Below, one piece after another: positions 20,620-33,660 of a stretch of 64,000 bases of DNA (position 1 is the first letter of the stretch; each line of letters opens with the position of its first letter). The notes under the pieces were generated by a model, which made no database searches, had not been told where the DNA came from, and was given only the letters and a program-made list of their open reading frames with translations. Source of the DNA: Nitrosopumilus sp. (GTDB lineage: Archaea > Thermoproteota > Nitrososphaeria > Nitrososphaerales > Nitrosopumilaceae); assembly GCA_965218785.1 (NCBI GenBank), contig OZ244650.1:1600001-1664000 (forward strand). The letters run 5' to 3'. Position numbers and translations under genes: made by a program.

Positions 20620-20880
20620 ATGATTTTTAATCTTAAGTTATACTTGGGACAAAATATAATAAAGAAAATTCAGTCATCAAAAAAATAAAAAGTAAATTCA
20701 CAAAAATCAAGAAAATTGAAAGATGTAAAGAATTTGGAAAAGATTCATACTATGTTCTTGTGACGATAAACATCTTACGTGATACTGATGTAAAAAAAAT
20801 AGAGACAAAATATAAAGAATAACCAAATATTGTAAAAGTAACAGTAACCCAAGCGATTTCATCCAAAGAAAATATCGCTA
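20620..20880 (+). pseudogene. Disrupted Lrp/AsnC-like small protein
   Basis: MIFNLK/ILGTKYNKENSVIKKIKSKFTKIKKIERCKEFGKDSYYVLVTINILRDTDVKKIETKYKE*PNIVKVTVT; one frameshift and one stop. Confidence 0.45.
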
Positions 20881-21058
20881 TAAAAAAACTGCCATTTTAT
20901 ATTTGATGTTGAAATAATAAAATTCATCCAGGCAGTTCCGTAGATTATACGGATAGGCTTGAGACCAAGTGAGCAATCCCATACGTTACAGAATCCGAAA
21001 AACATCCGAGTAAAATTCCGACATTAACACCATAAACTTTTGATCGTCACTGCATCCA

Positions 21059-22213
21059 TTAGTTTTGGATTCTTTGCGGTTCTAGTTTTTTTCTGGAAAT
21101 CATGGCAAGAAGTGTCACTCCTATTCCTATTATACAAAATACCACATACGGCGTCTCATCCCCAAATGACTGTGTGATTGGACCTCCAACAGCCGGGCCG
21201 ATTGCCCAGCCCATTCCAAAAACCGTTTCATACGCGCCAATTATTTTGCCGGAAATATTCTTTCGTGTCTTACTCAAAATTATTTCCAGAGTCAGTGGGA
21301 AGAATATGCTAAATCCGAATCCCATCAGAACCAACGCGATTGCAAAAGTGATGACTGAATCTGCAACAACGGATATGGCCAGCCCGGCAGATACTGCGAT
21401 TGTTGCGGCAATCAAAGTTTGACTTGTTTTTCTTGCAAACATTCCTGTTAATGCCAGTGACACGATTCGAGATATGCCGAAAATAAAATACAGTAATAAA
21501 ATATCCATAGGTGTCATTCCGTTATCATTTAGAAATGCCGGATAAATTGTCAAAATTATTCCAAAGGAGGACGTACAAAAAACCAGCAGAATCATCACCT
21601 CTGGAAATCTTTTCATCTCCTTAATGGACGAAAAGGAGAATCGCTGGTGGTGATTTCTAACGCTTTTTCTCGAAGCTAAAAGCGAGGTGATTATTGCAGC
21701 AGCCAGAATAAACGCCGCAGTCTGAAATAGAATTCTATATGTTATATCATGGCCTTCCAAGAGCACCGTGCCAAGCAATGGGCCTACCATGAATCCGATG
21801 GTAAAAAACATTGTAAACCACGAGATGTTTTTGACTCTGTTTTTCTCAGAGCTTTCATTGGATATTATAGACTCGCATGGCGGCCAAAAAAATGCGTGGG
21901 CCACCCCCGTCATTATTCTAAAGCCCATAATCTCCGGAACTGATTGTGCAATTGATAAAAGATAGATAGACACGGAATTAATGGCGGCACCTAACGCAAC
22001 TAGATATCCGTTGTTGAATCTATCAAGAAGAATTCCTACAAAAAGTGGAATAAACATGTAGGGAATAAAATTAACCAGTCCGATTAATCCAAGTTCAGAA
22101 TATGTCGCACCAATGACGTTTTTGGCAAATATCGGCAGAATCGGCCCGTGCAGCCCGTATGAAATTCCTATGATTAAACCGGTAATGTTGACTAGTAACA
22201 GAATTCGGTTCAT
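21059..22213 (-). CDS. MFS transporter
   Basis: ~12 TM helices, GILLDRFN loop motif. Confidence 0.88.
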   Translation of the reverse strand: MNRILLLVNITGLIIGISYGLHGPILPIFAKNVIGATYSELGLIGLVNFIPYMFIPLFVGILLDRFNNGYLVALGAAINSVSIYLLSIAQSVPEIMGFRIMTGVAHAFFWPPCESIISNESSEKNRVKNISWFTMFFTIGFMVGPLLGTVLLEGHDITYRILFQTAAFILAAAIITSLLASRKSVRNHHQRFSFSSIKEMKRFPEVMILLVFCTSSFGIILTIYPAFLNDNGMTPMDILLLYFIFGISRIVSLALTGMFARKTSQTLIAATIAVSAGLAISVVADSVITFAIALVLMGFGFSIFFPLTLEIILSKTRKNISGKIIGAYETVFGMGWAIGPAVGGPITQSFGDETPYVVFCIIGIGVTLLAMISRKKLEPQRIQN

Positions 22214-22908
22214 TTGTATGCGGCAACCATTATTGCCCCGCCCATAAGATCTTTCTCAAATTCCACTCTGGAAAATTTTTCCAGCAGCAGCCCTTCCAGT
22301 CTTTTATTTTGAGGCCATCTTTTGTATGTACCGTATAGCTTTCCAAACTTTAATCCCAACCGTCCTCCGGCAGCAAATGCAAGGACTGGAAGAATACATC
22401 TTAGATAAAATGAAACACCTGCCCTGATGAACGCACCGTCGGGCTTTCCCAGATCGACGATGACAAATCTGCCCCCCTTTTTCAATACCCTGTGAATTTC
22501 AGAGATTGCAATTCTCAAGTTGATTGCATCCCTTAGTGAATATCCGCACAAGACTGCATCAAACTCCTCATCTCTAAACGGGATGTGTTCAAAAACTCCA
22601 TTTGCCATATCCGGAGACTCTTCAAAATGGATGCCTGTGTTTTTGAGCATTGGAACAAGTGGATCATAAAGCGTAATTGAAATTTTTCCATCAGTTAATT
22701 TTAGCGCCGCCTTTGACATGTTGCCAAAGCCAGAACCCGCATCTAGAATTTTGTTTCCAGGAACCACCCTTTTGGAAATACCGCGATTTCTGTGTTCTGC
22801 ATCTTTGCCAAGTGAGATAATAGAATTTACTTTATCATATACAGGAATAATCTCCTGAAGCACTTGCATTACTTCGCCCCAATAACTTCCTAAACCCATA
22901 TCTGTCAC
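22210..22908 (-). CDS. UbiE/MenG-like class I SAM methyltransferase
   Basis: YDKVNSIISLG, LDAGSGFG, EIHRVLKKGG. Confidence 0.85.
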   Translation of the reverse strand: MTDMGLGSYWGEVMQVLQEIIPVYDKVNSIISLGKDAEHRNRGISKRVVPGNKILDAGSGFGNMSKAALKLTDGKISITLYDPLVPMLKNTGIHFEESPDMANGVFEHIPFRDEEFDAVLCGYSLRDAINLRIAISEIHRVLKKGGRFVIVDLGKPDGAFIRAGVSFYLRCILPVLAFAAGGRLGLKFGKLYGTYKRWPQNKRLEGLLLEKFSRVEFEKDLMGGAIMVAAYK

Positions 22909-22947
22909 CTCACGTACCTGTTTGAATAGTTTTCAAATCAAAAGATT

Positions 22948-23694
22948 TTATTCTGCAGCAAACTTTGATGTGTTTTTAGAATAGTTCTGTAAATCCGACT
23001 CTGAGATTTTCTCAAAGACTTTAGCCTCGGTCGTAATCTTTGCCATTTTAACATTATCGATACCGTCCTTTTTTTCCTCCTTTATGTTAATAGCGGCAAT
23101 AGCTAGTGCCGCTGCATCCTCCAAACCCATATCTGCGTTGTAATGTTTTTCCAAAAATGTATTTACATCATCAGAACTTGCCCCGATTGCAATGGCTGCA
23201 TACTGTACATATGTTCCACTTGGATCAGCTACATAGATTGATTCTCCCTTTTGATCAATTCCTGCAATTATCAGAGAGACTCCGTTTGGACGTACTCCCG
23301 AATATTGAGTAAATTGATGGGATTGATCTGCCAGATGTTTGGCAACTGTTGAGACTTCGACTGATTCATCATATGTCATTTTATTTCCCTGCGAAAAGAA
23401 TCTTGCACTATCTACCTGAACGCGCGCATCTGGAATATATCCTGCCGCTGCAACCCCTATATGATAATCCACCTGGAAGATTTTCTGTGTTACATTTGTT
23501 GTTTGCAGTGTTCGAGGCTTTTCCTCTACTGCCATTATGACTCCCTGTTTGGTGCAAATGCCAATGGCCAGTGTTCCTCTTTTTACAGTCTCCATGGCGT
23601 ATTCTACCTGGTATATCCTGCCATCCGGAGAATACATTGTAGGAGTCATATCGTAACCGCGTGATGCCATCATGATATCACAAGTTTGTACCAA
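22948..23694 (-). CDS. psmA: Proteasome alpha subunit
   Basis: GYDMTPTMYSPDGRIYQVEYA. Confidence 0.93.
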   Translation of the reverse strand: MVQTCDIMMASRGYDMTPTMYSPDGRIYQVEYAMETVKRGTLAIGICTKQGVIMAVEEKPRTLQTTNVTQKIFQVDYHIGVAAAGYIPDARVQVDSARFFSQGNKMTYDESVEVSTVAKHLADQSHQFTQYSGVRPNGVSLIIAGIDQKGESIYVADPSGTYVQYAAIAIGASSDDVNTFLEKHYNADMGLEDAAALAIAAINIKEEKKDGIDNVKMAKITTEAKVFEKISESDLQNYSKNTSKFAAE

Positions 23695-23781
23695 GTCAAT
23701 TTAAGGGTAATTATGCTGTTTTAATACGGGCATGATCTGGAAATAGAGTTTTAAGCAAAAGCAGTTTTTTAGTCATCAAAG

Positions 23782-24165
23782 ATGTCCAATCAACTCCCAG
23801 AGTTCAAAAAAATCATTCGATCAAGACAGGTTTCAGAGCAGAGAAAACCAGACAGGCAGACTAGAAAATTACTGTTGTACCTTTTTACAAGTACCAGGGG
23901 AGGATTTACCAGATTACGCATCATCATGCACCTGCTTAATCAGCCATATAATACACACCAGCTGGCCAAAGAACTCGATCTTGATTACAAGGCAGTCCAA
24001 CATCACATGAAAGTACTAGAAAAGAACAACATGGTTTTAAAGATCGGCGAAAAATATGGTGCAATATTTCACTTGTCTAATTTCCTTGAAATCAATATCA
24101 ATACCCTTGATGAGGCAATTGAAAAACTAGACAGGAAGATGAATTACAAAAAAGTCTATCTATAA
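23782..24165 (+). CDS. ArsR-like winged-helix regulator
   Basis: TRGGFTRLRII...NTHQLAKELDLDYKAVQHHMKVL. Confidence 0.85.
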   Translation: MSNQLPEFKKIIRSRQVSEQRKPDRQTRKLLLYLFTSTRGGFTRLRIIMHLLNQPYNTHQLAKELDLDYKAVQHHMKVLEKNNMVLKIGEKYGAIFHLSNFLEININTLDEAIEKLDRKMNYKKVYL

Positions 24166-24206
24166 CCGATTTTTGCGATCTGAATTTTTTCATTAAACTT
24201 AAATTA

Positions 24207-25505
24207 ATGGAATTATCTGAAAGATCATCCTTGATAAAAAATGATCCTTTTGCAAATGCAACAAAGCAGGTAAATGATGCATGTGATATTATAGGAATCA
24301 AAGATGTGGAATTACGAGAGTATCTTGCAATGCCAAACAAGGTTTTGCGGGTAAAGATTCCAGTTAAAATGGATGATGGTAAAATCAGGATTTTCACAGG
24401 TTTTAGAAGCCAACACAACAATGACAGGGGTCCATACAAAGGTGGTATTCGTTACTTTAATCCCAAGGGCGGAGTAGAATACATGGAGCGTGAAGTCATG
24501 GCACTTTCCTCTTGGATGACATGGAAGTGTGCCATCGTTGATATTCCATTGGGCGGCGGCAAGGGTGCAATCTATGTCAATCCAAAGACTGAAAAACTCA
24601 GTGATGGCGAACTAGAAAGACTCACAAGGGGATTTGCGTACAAAATTTCTGAAATTATAGGACCTCAAAAAGATATTCCAGCTCCGGATGTTTACACTAC
24701 AGGAAGAGAGATGACCCAGATTATGGATACGTTTAGCAAACTTAACGGCAACAAATATTCCCCCGGCGTGATTACCGGAAAACCAATTTCAATGGGAGGT
24801 TCACTTGCAAGAAATGTTGCAACCGGACTGGGAGTAGCATATACTGTAAGAGAAGCCGCAAAGACGTTGAAAATGAAACTTAAAGGCGCCAAAGTTGTTT
24901 TACAGGGATTTGGTAATGCCTCAACGTTTGCAGGGGAATATCTTGAAAAGATGGGTGCCAATATAGTTGGGGTCAGTGATTCCAAAGGTTCCATTTCAAT
25001 TCCTTCAGGCGCAAAGGTCAGTAAAATTTTAGAATACAAGCAAAAGAAAGGCACGGTTGTCGGATTTCCAGGAAGTAAAAAAATCTCAACTGAGCAATTA
25101 CTCACCACCAAGTGTGATATTCTGGTTCCAGCAGCATTAGAGAACCAAATCAATGCAAAGATTGCAAGGAACTTGAAATGTAAAATTATCGCCGAAGCTG
25201 CAAATGGTCCGACACTTCCCGAGGCAGACCCAATCATCCATAAAAAGAACATTCTGGTAGTCCCGGACATTTTGGCAAACTCTGGCGGTGTTTGTATTTC
25301 ATACTTGGAGTGGGTACAAAACAACATGGGGTATTATTGGACATTTGACGAGGTTGCAAACAAGATGGAGAAGAATATCACAAAGGGATTCAAGGATGCC
25401 CACGCCCTATCTAAGAAACACAAAATTGACATGAGAAAGGCGACAATGGTGCTGGCAGTAGAAAGGGTTCTAGAGGCCTTTAATCATAAAGGTATTTGGC
25501 CGTAA
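24207..25505 (+). CDS. gdhA: Glutamate dehydrogenase
   Basis: GPYKGGIRY, GGGKG, DIPAPDV, QGFGN, ANSGGV. Confidence 0.95.
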   Translation: MELSERSSLIKNDPFANATKQVNDACDIIGIKDVELREYLAMPNKVLRVKIPVKMDDGKIRIFTGFRSQHNNDRGPYKGGIRYFNPKGGVEYMEREVMALSSWMTWKCAIVDIPLGGGKGAIYVNPKTEKLSDGELERLTRGFAYKISEIIGPQKDIPAPDVYTTGREMTQIMDTFSKLNGNKYSPGVITGKPISMGGSLARNVATGLGVAYTVREAAKTLKMKLKGAKVVLQGFGNASTFAGEYLEKMGANIVGVSDSKGSISIPSGAKVSKILEYKQKKGTVVGFPGSKKISTEQLLTTKCDILVPAALENQINAKIARNLKCKIIAEAANGPTLPEADPIIHKKNILVVPDILANSGGVCISYLEWVQNNMGYYWTFDEVANKMEKNITKGFKDAHALSKKHKIDMRKATMVLAVERVLEAFNHKGIWP

Positions 25506-25512
25506 ACAGAAA

Positions 25513-25574
25513 TTCCGATTGTGTGCCTTGGATCAACTCATCTCCCAGTGGATCCGGCGGTCTGTCGTAAAACA
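25513..25574 (+). repeat. Direct repeat B, left copy (partner 26985-27045)
   Basis: ttccgattgtgtgc(c)ttggatcaactcatctcccag.ggatccggc.gtc...cgtaaaaca; ~90% identical by hand alignment. Confidence 0.9.
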
Positions 25575-25614
25575 GACACTTTCAGATCTCAATGACTTTG
25601 ATCAAACAACATGA

Positions 25615-25788
25615 ATAGCACACACACAACATGAATCATTAAACATCATTCAAGGAAGGTTCGTTTACAATTTATACACAGGAACATGTCAAACTCCGTA
25701 CTTTGATGGTCATTATCATTGGTTTGCAGTAATTGTTGATGCAACAACAGGAGTTCCATTATATGCAGAAAATAAAATGGTGTTTTGA
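25615..25788 (+). pseudogene. 5'-truncated fragment with PepSY-like C-terminus
   Basis: Open frame ...HWFAVIVDATTGVPLYAENKMVF*, no start codon. Confidence 0.45.
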
Positions 25789-25858
25789 GATGTGGAGATA
25801 AGGGGATTGGATATGTTATCGGGGAATGGCAAAATACATCCAAGTGCCTGACATATGC

Positions 25859-26006
25859 GATTTGCGTGGTTTAAATAATTATATCTTGTACTCGTATGAA
25901 TGTCAAAAAGCGCCATGTTTTTTGATTATCATGTGAGCACAATGACTGGAGGAAATACAAGATGAATCAGCAAGAAGAATTAGTTTTAAAAATTTTATCC
26001 TCCATA
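25859..26006 (+). repeat. 148 bp copy of the promoter and first 15 codons of gene 59343-60050 (partner 60006-60153, inverted)
   Basis: 7 mismatches by hand alignment; ATG at 25962 reads MNQQEELVLKILSSI. Confidence 0.92.
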
Positions 26007-26100
26007 CAGAAGTCCAGATTATGCCTTAACCAACCTCTCTTTTTTTCATACATCCAAGCGTTCCTTGTACATCACTGATTCACGGATTTCTGTTTCATGA

Positions 26101-26183
26101 TGTAAGAACAATTCAGATTGTTTTGATCTGGAAAAATAGTATGTTTGTGTGTAATTGAATTAAAATCCTGCCAAAGAAGTTAA
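26101..26183. repeat. Dispersed element D, copy 1 (partner 37780-37854)
   Basis: 30 bp identical core acaattcagattgttttgatctggaaaaat plus gtgtaattgaattaaa. Confidence 0.88.
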
Positions 26184-26635
26184 AATCTCTTCAATATGAT
26201 TTTCTCTGTTCTTTCCATGAATTTAATACTAAATCTTCCAAAAATACTATTTCTTCCCAAAACCATGTAAGGTAAGGTATTTGATGCTATTGGTACATTA
26301 ACTTCAAAATTTGTGAATTCATCAAAAACTGACTCTTTATTTTTAATTAATTGGCATGTACCAATTAATGAAGATACATTACTAAATGTGCCTCCGGCAC
26401 CTACTGCATCTCTTGGCTCTTCAGATAAATCTAAATCTAAAATTTCTGCAAGTTCTCTTGGAAGAAAATTAGAAGTTGAACCTGAATCAATCAACGCTGC
26501 GGTTTTTAGATCCCGATCTTTATGAATTAGTTTTACATTGACCATTGGAAGTTTATAGGTTACATTTGTTATTGGATCATCATAATTGATATAACGCAGA
26601 GTCATGCTAGAGCGAATTCGAGATCTTGAAGACAA
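26180..26635 (-). CDS. Retropepsin-like (clan AA) aspartyl protease
   Basis: ALIDSGSTSNFLP catalytic motif, GAGG flap, VLGRN motif. Confidence 0.85.
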   Translation of the reverse strand: MSSRSRIRSSMTLRYINYDDPITNVTYKLPMVNVKLIHKDRDLKTAALIDSGSTSNFLPRELAEILDLDLSEEPRDAVGAGGTFSNVSSLIGTCQLIKNKESVFDEFTNFEVNVPIASNTLPYMVLGRNSIFGRFSIKFMERTEKIILKRF

Positions 26636-26644
26636 AATTTAGGA

Positions 26645-26845
26645 TTACAACAACATTACAGTTTCTTTAGGAATTTTCATAATGAATGGGGTTTTATCAG
26701 GATATTTTTCTTTGGCTTTTTGATAGACGTCTTTGGCATTATCGCTAGCAGATACAATTTCTTCTCCAACTACGGCAATCCAATCGCCCAAATGTTCACC
26801 TAGTTGATCACGTACAGACATGACATATTCGTACTCAGATTTCAT
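26645..26845 (-). CDS. DUF5678-like small protein
   Basis: GDWIAVVGEEIVSAS...VYQKAKEKYP...PFIMKIP. Confidence 0.8.
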   Translation of the reverse strand: MKSEYEYVMSVRDQLGEHLGDWIAVVGEEIVSASDNAKDVYQKAKEKYPDKTPFIMKIPKETVMLL

Positions 26846-26984
26846 TACCGCATCAATACTCCTATTGTATATATAATAAACTGATTAATAATATTTAGTG
26901 ATGAATTTTCATGAGTTTATAAATGCATGAATCATTATGTTCCTTCTATTTTTCAATATAAAAGGAAGTAGTTAAGATCAGACG

Positions 26985-27045
26985 TTCCGATTGTGTGCTT
27001 GGATCAACTCATCTCCCAGCGGATCCGGCAGTCCACCGTAAAACA
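26985..27045 (+). repeat. Direct repeat B, right copy
   Basis: Matches 25513-25574. Confidence 0.9.
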
Positions 27046-27256
27046 TGCCACTGCTGTATACTGCAAATTCATCAACATCAACAGGTTTGCAAGTCGAATG
27101 TGCCCATTGCAGGTCCTGAGAAAAACCCAGAGATTGTAAATAATGGGGACATGGAAAATATGAATATTCTGACTGATCTGTCCGTGCCGGTGTACGGGTC
27201 TGATGCCTTTGCATTTGTATGTTCTCAATACCATCACAACCGGAACTTTTGGCAAG

Positions 27257-27634
27257 CTAGGCAAAATAAGATTCGTAGCAGACTAGCTGCTCAATAAACG
27301 TTATTTTTCCCCCTGTTATTTCCACCAGCCTTCTTTTGTAAGAGAGATCCACCCTTGTTCTTCTTTGTAATAATTGAATCGTTTTATCTGTGAGGTATCT
27401 TCCTTTTTTATCTCTGTCAAAAAGAATTATGAGATTCTCATATTTTGCAACCGAATCTGCAAAATCAACCATTCCTCCGAACCTGTAAAATTCCAAAATT
27501 TTTCCAGAATAACCGAGTTTTTTTAATGCGTGTGAATCCCTTTTTCCTTCAACTATCACTACGCCGTCTTTCACAGAGTTTAGCTGAAAAACGAAATTCT
27601 TTAACTCGATAATCTCCCGGTCAGAAACTAGCAC
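27257..27634 (-). CDS. Stand-alone Toprim domain protein
   Basis: IVEGKRD and LFDRDKKG motifs. Confidence 0.85.
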   Translation of the reverse strand: MLVSDREIIELKNFVFQLNSVKDGVVIVEGKRDSHALKKLGYSGKILEFYRFGGMVDFADSVAKYENLIILFDRDKKGRYLTDKTIQLLQRRTRVDLSYKRRLVEITGGKITFIEQLVCYESYFA

Positions 27635-27666
27635 GGTATTTTATTCATTATGACATATTAAGCACT

Positions 27667-28371
27667 TTGGTTCACAGAAAAATTATGTCCGATGTTTTAG
27701 TTGTGCAAAATACCGGGATTGAGGATTCCGGATACTTGGGGGATCTCCTCAAAGACGACGGGTTTGGGATAACTTTGGTCAATGCAAAACATGAACGGAT
27801 TCCCGATGGGGATTTCTCCATGGTTGTAATATTGGGTGCTCCTGCAAGTGCAAATGATGATTTGCCTTATCTTCAGGCAGAACAGCGGCTGGTCAAAGAC
27901 AGTATTAAGGTGGAGATTCCTGTTCTCGGAATTTGTCTGGGCTCGCAGATAATTGCAAAAACCCTTGGCGCAAGGGTGTATGCCGGACCGCAAAAAGAGA
28001 TCGGATTTTACAATGATTTGGTCATTTGTGATAACACCTTATTTTTTTCTGGTTTCAAAAACCCGTTTACCGTTTTTCACTGGCATGGAGATACGTTTGA
28101 TTTGCCTGATGGAGCCGTCAGATTGGCATCATCTGAGCATTATCCAAACCAGGCATTTCAATACAAAAGTGCAGTCGGACTGCAATTCCACCTAGAGGTA
28201 GATGAGGCAATGATAAATCTCTGGCTTGACAGCACAGAAGAAAGACTGCAAAAAATAGCTCATATTGACCCGCAAAAAATCCGTTCGGACATGGATGAAA
28301 ATATTTTGATTGTAAAATCAAATATGAGGAATTTTTATTCCAACTTTAAATCATCGTTTAATATTGACTGA
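27667..28371 (+). CDS. Class I glutamine amidotransferase
   Basis: GICLGSQ, WHGDTF, QFHLE triad motifs. Confidence 0.9.
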   Translation: MVHRKIMSDVLVVQNTGIEDSGYLGDLLKDDGFGITLVNAKHERIPDGDFSMVVILGAPASANDDLPYLQAEQRLVKDSIKVEIPVLGICLGSQIIAKTLGARVYAGPQKEIGFYNDLVICDNTLFFSGFKNPFTVFHWHGDTFDLPDGAVRLASSEHYPNQAFQYKSAVGLQFHLEVDEAMINLWLDSTEERLQKIAHIDPQKIRSDMDENILIVKSNMRNFYSNFKSSFNID

Positions 28372-28685
28372 ACCTTCATGGCCGGCATTTGTATAGCTAT
28401 CTGAACTGACATGCAGTAATCTGCAACGTCTGAAAACCCCGGTTAACAATGAAATGAGGAGCTGTTCCACCCAAATGACAGCTTTGCAGATAATTATGCA
28501 AAATCTCTATAATTCAAGTGTATTTTGTCGTACGCAGATCCGGAGAACTAGATGAACCAAAAAGGTTCTATGACATGCGGTAGGCTTGAGGTCGTGACCA
28601 TATCCATAGTTATACCCAATAAAAAAAGTATAACTAATCAAACCGTACAGATAACGGAATTATCTTTTATTATCAGCATCAATAA

Positions 28686-30860
<2,175 letters not shown>

Positions 30861-31672
30861 TGTGTGAGATCGCACCGAATAACTTTACTTATTCACTAAA
30901 ATCATTAGTCGACTTTGTCGACATTTTACGCAGAGGATAGTGATCGTACCGTCAATTATTATCTTTTTTCAGGGGATTATCTTTTCAATCCTTGGAAGGT
31001 GTTTTTCGAATAATCGCTGTAATTTGTTTTGTAGTTGGTATAATCTCACCTAGTATGCCTATTTAGCAAATATAATGTTGGGATTGATTTTATATCTCAT
31101 ATTTTTCTCTATTTTAGGCTAATTGTATATAAGTAATTTAAATTCTAGAATATGATTTGCTAATAGAACCCTAATTAGCAAAAAATTACTTTGATCATTA
31201 ATTACATGTGTAATTTAATCAAAAATATGTGATAAAAATGGAAATAAACATTACTCCTGATAAGACATTGTAATTCCACTGAAATTTTTCTTTGATTTGT
31301 GTTGTATGATTTATCAAACAGGTTGATTTTAAAATTTAGGTACGCCGTACAGACGTATACGTAGGCAAGAAGACCTGACCATTTTGATTCTCAATAATTT
31401 TGAATGCCGATGTGTTAGTAATTGTCAAAGCACATATCTTTTGCCAAAATCTCCTCCAGCCTTACTATGTCTGGTAGTATGCCAAGATTCTTTGCTATCT
31501 GTGTGGGTATATTCCGTTTTTGCGCCCTTTTCATACTGCATGACTTTACTGTCAGTCTTTTTTTCATATTTTTATGATCGGTGCAGTCAAATAATCCGCA
31601 ATTATCCTTCGGATCCTGGGCGGACCTACTTTTCGTGCAATAAATGGGAGAACCGAAATAGAAAACATTTAA

Positions 31673-32458
<786 letters not shown>

Positions 32459-32645
32459 CCGTGTGTGTCTTATTTTACAGTAACTGATCCCATATGGGTA
32501 ATAACATGCGTGATTTGATGTTGTGCAATGGTGATAAAAGCCCATTTAGGGTAATTCTCTACATTTGGAATTAGTCTGATACAGCCGATATATATCAAAG
32601 TAATTTTTATAAATCGCATTTATCGTATCACTAGAGACAGGTAAA

Positions 32646-33632
32646 ATGAGTCAGGAAATAACAGAATTAACGAATCAGGCTGAAGGCTATTCTAATCTAC
32701 TAGAAAACCTTCAAAAAGAGATCTCAAAAGTGATCGTGGGTCAAGACAAAATTATTGAGAAATTGATTATCACACTACTCTCTAGAGGACATGTTTTACT
32801 TGAAGGGGTGCCCGGTTTGGCAAAGACGTTACTAGTTCAAACGATTTCTGATTGTATAAATTCCAGGTTTGTAAGGTTGCAATTTACACCTGATCTTCTA
32901 CCTGCAGATATTTTGGGAACTAAAATTTATGATCACAACTCAACCTCGTTTAAAACAATAAAGGGTCCGATTTTTTCAAATTTCATACTTGCTGATGAAA
33001 TAAATCGCGCACCTCCAAAAGTTCAATCAGCACTACTTGAGGCCATGCAGGAAAACCAGGTCAGCATCCAGGGAGAGACATACCAGTTAGAAAAACCATT
33101 TTTTGTAATGGCCACGCAGAATCCGGTGGAATCTGAAGGTACCTACAAGCTGCCCGAAGCCCAAGTGGATCGTTTCATGTTTAAAATTCTAATCTCATAT
33201 CCAAGTATAGAGCAAGAATCGGAAATCATTCAAAGATTCACCGAGGGTATCTCACACAAGGCAACAAAGATTTTGTCCGATGAGCAAATATTAGAGATGC
33301 AGTCTTTTGTTCCCAAGATTTATGCGGATGAAAAGATCCGAAACTATATCACACAAATCGTTGATGCCACAAGATTTCCAGACAAATATGATCTTCAACT
33401 ATCTGATATGATTGAATACGGGGCATCCCCTAGGGCGTCAATATGGCTGACGATTTCTGCAAAAGCAAGCGCGCTTCTACAGGGAAGGGGATATGTAATT
33501 CCAAAGGATGTACAGGATGTAATCCACGATGTGTTGCGACACAGAATTACCCTGACGTATGATGCAGAATCCGAAGATATCACCACAGATGACATTATAC
33601 AGAAAATTATAGAAAAAATCACAGTACCATAA
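32646..33632 (+). CDS. MoxR-family AAA+ ATPase
   Basis: GVPGLAKT, FTPDLLPADI, DEINRA, ATQNP, DRF. Confidence 0.93.
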   Translation: MSQEITELTNQAEGYSNLLENLQKEISKVIVGQDKIIEKLIITLLSRGHVLLEGVPGLAKTLLVQTISDCINSRFVRLQFTPDLLPADILGTKIYDHNSTSFKTIKGPIFSNFILADEINRAPPKVQSALLEAMQENQVSIQGETYQLEKPFFVMATQNPVESEGTYKLPEAQVDRFMFKILISYPSIEQESEIIQRFTEGISHKATKILSDEQILEMQSFVPKIYADEKIRNYITQIVDATRFPDKYDLQLSDMIEYGASPRASIWLTISAKASALLQGRGYVIPKDVQDVIHDVLRHRITLTYDAESEDITTDDIIQKIIEKITVP

Positions 33633-33660
33633 ACACAAAATACTTTCGGATGAGAAACTG

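Noticed and set aside
26978-27297. Three overlapping short ORFs near repeat B
   Set aside because: No recognisable motifs; none can be chosen as real.
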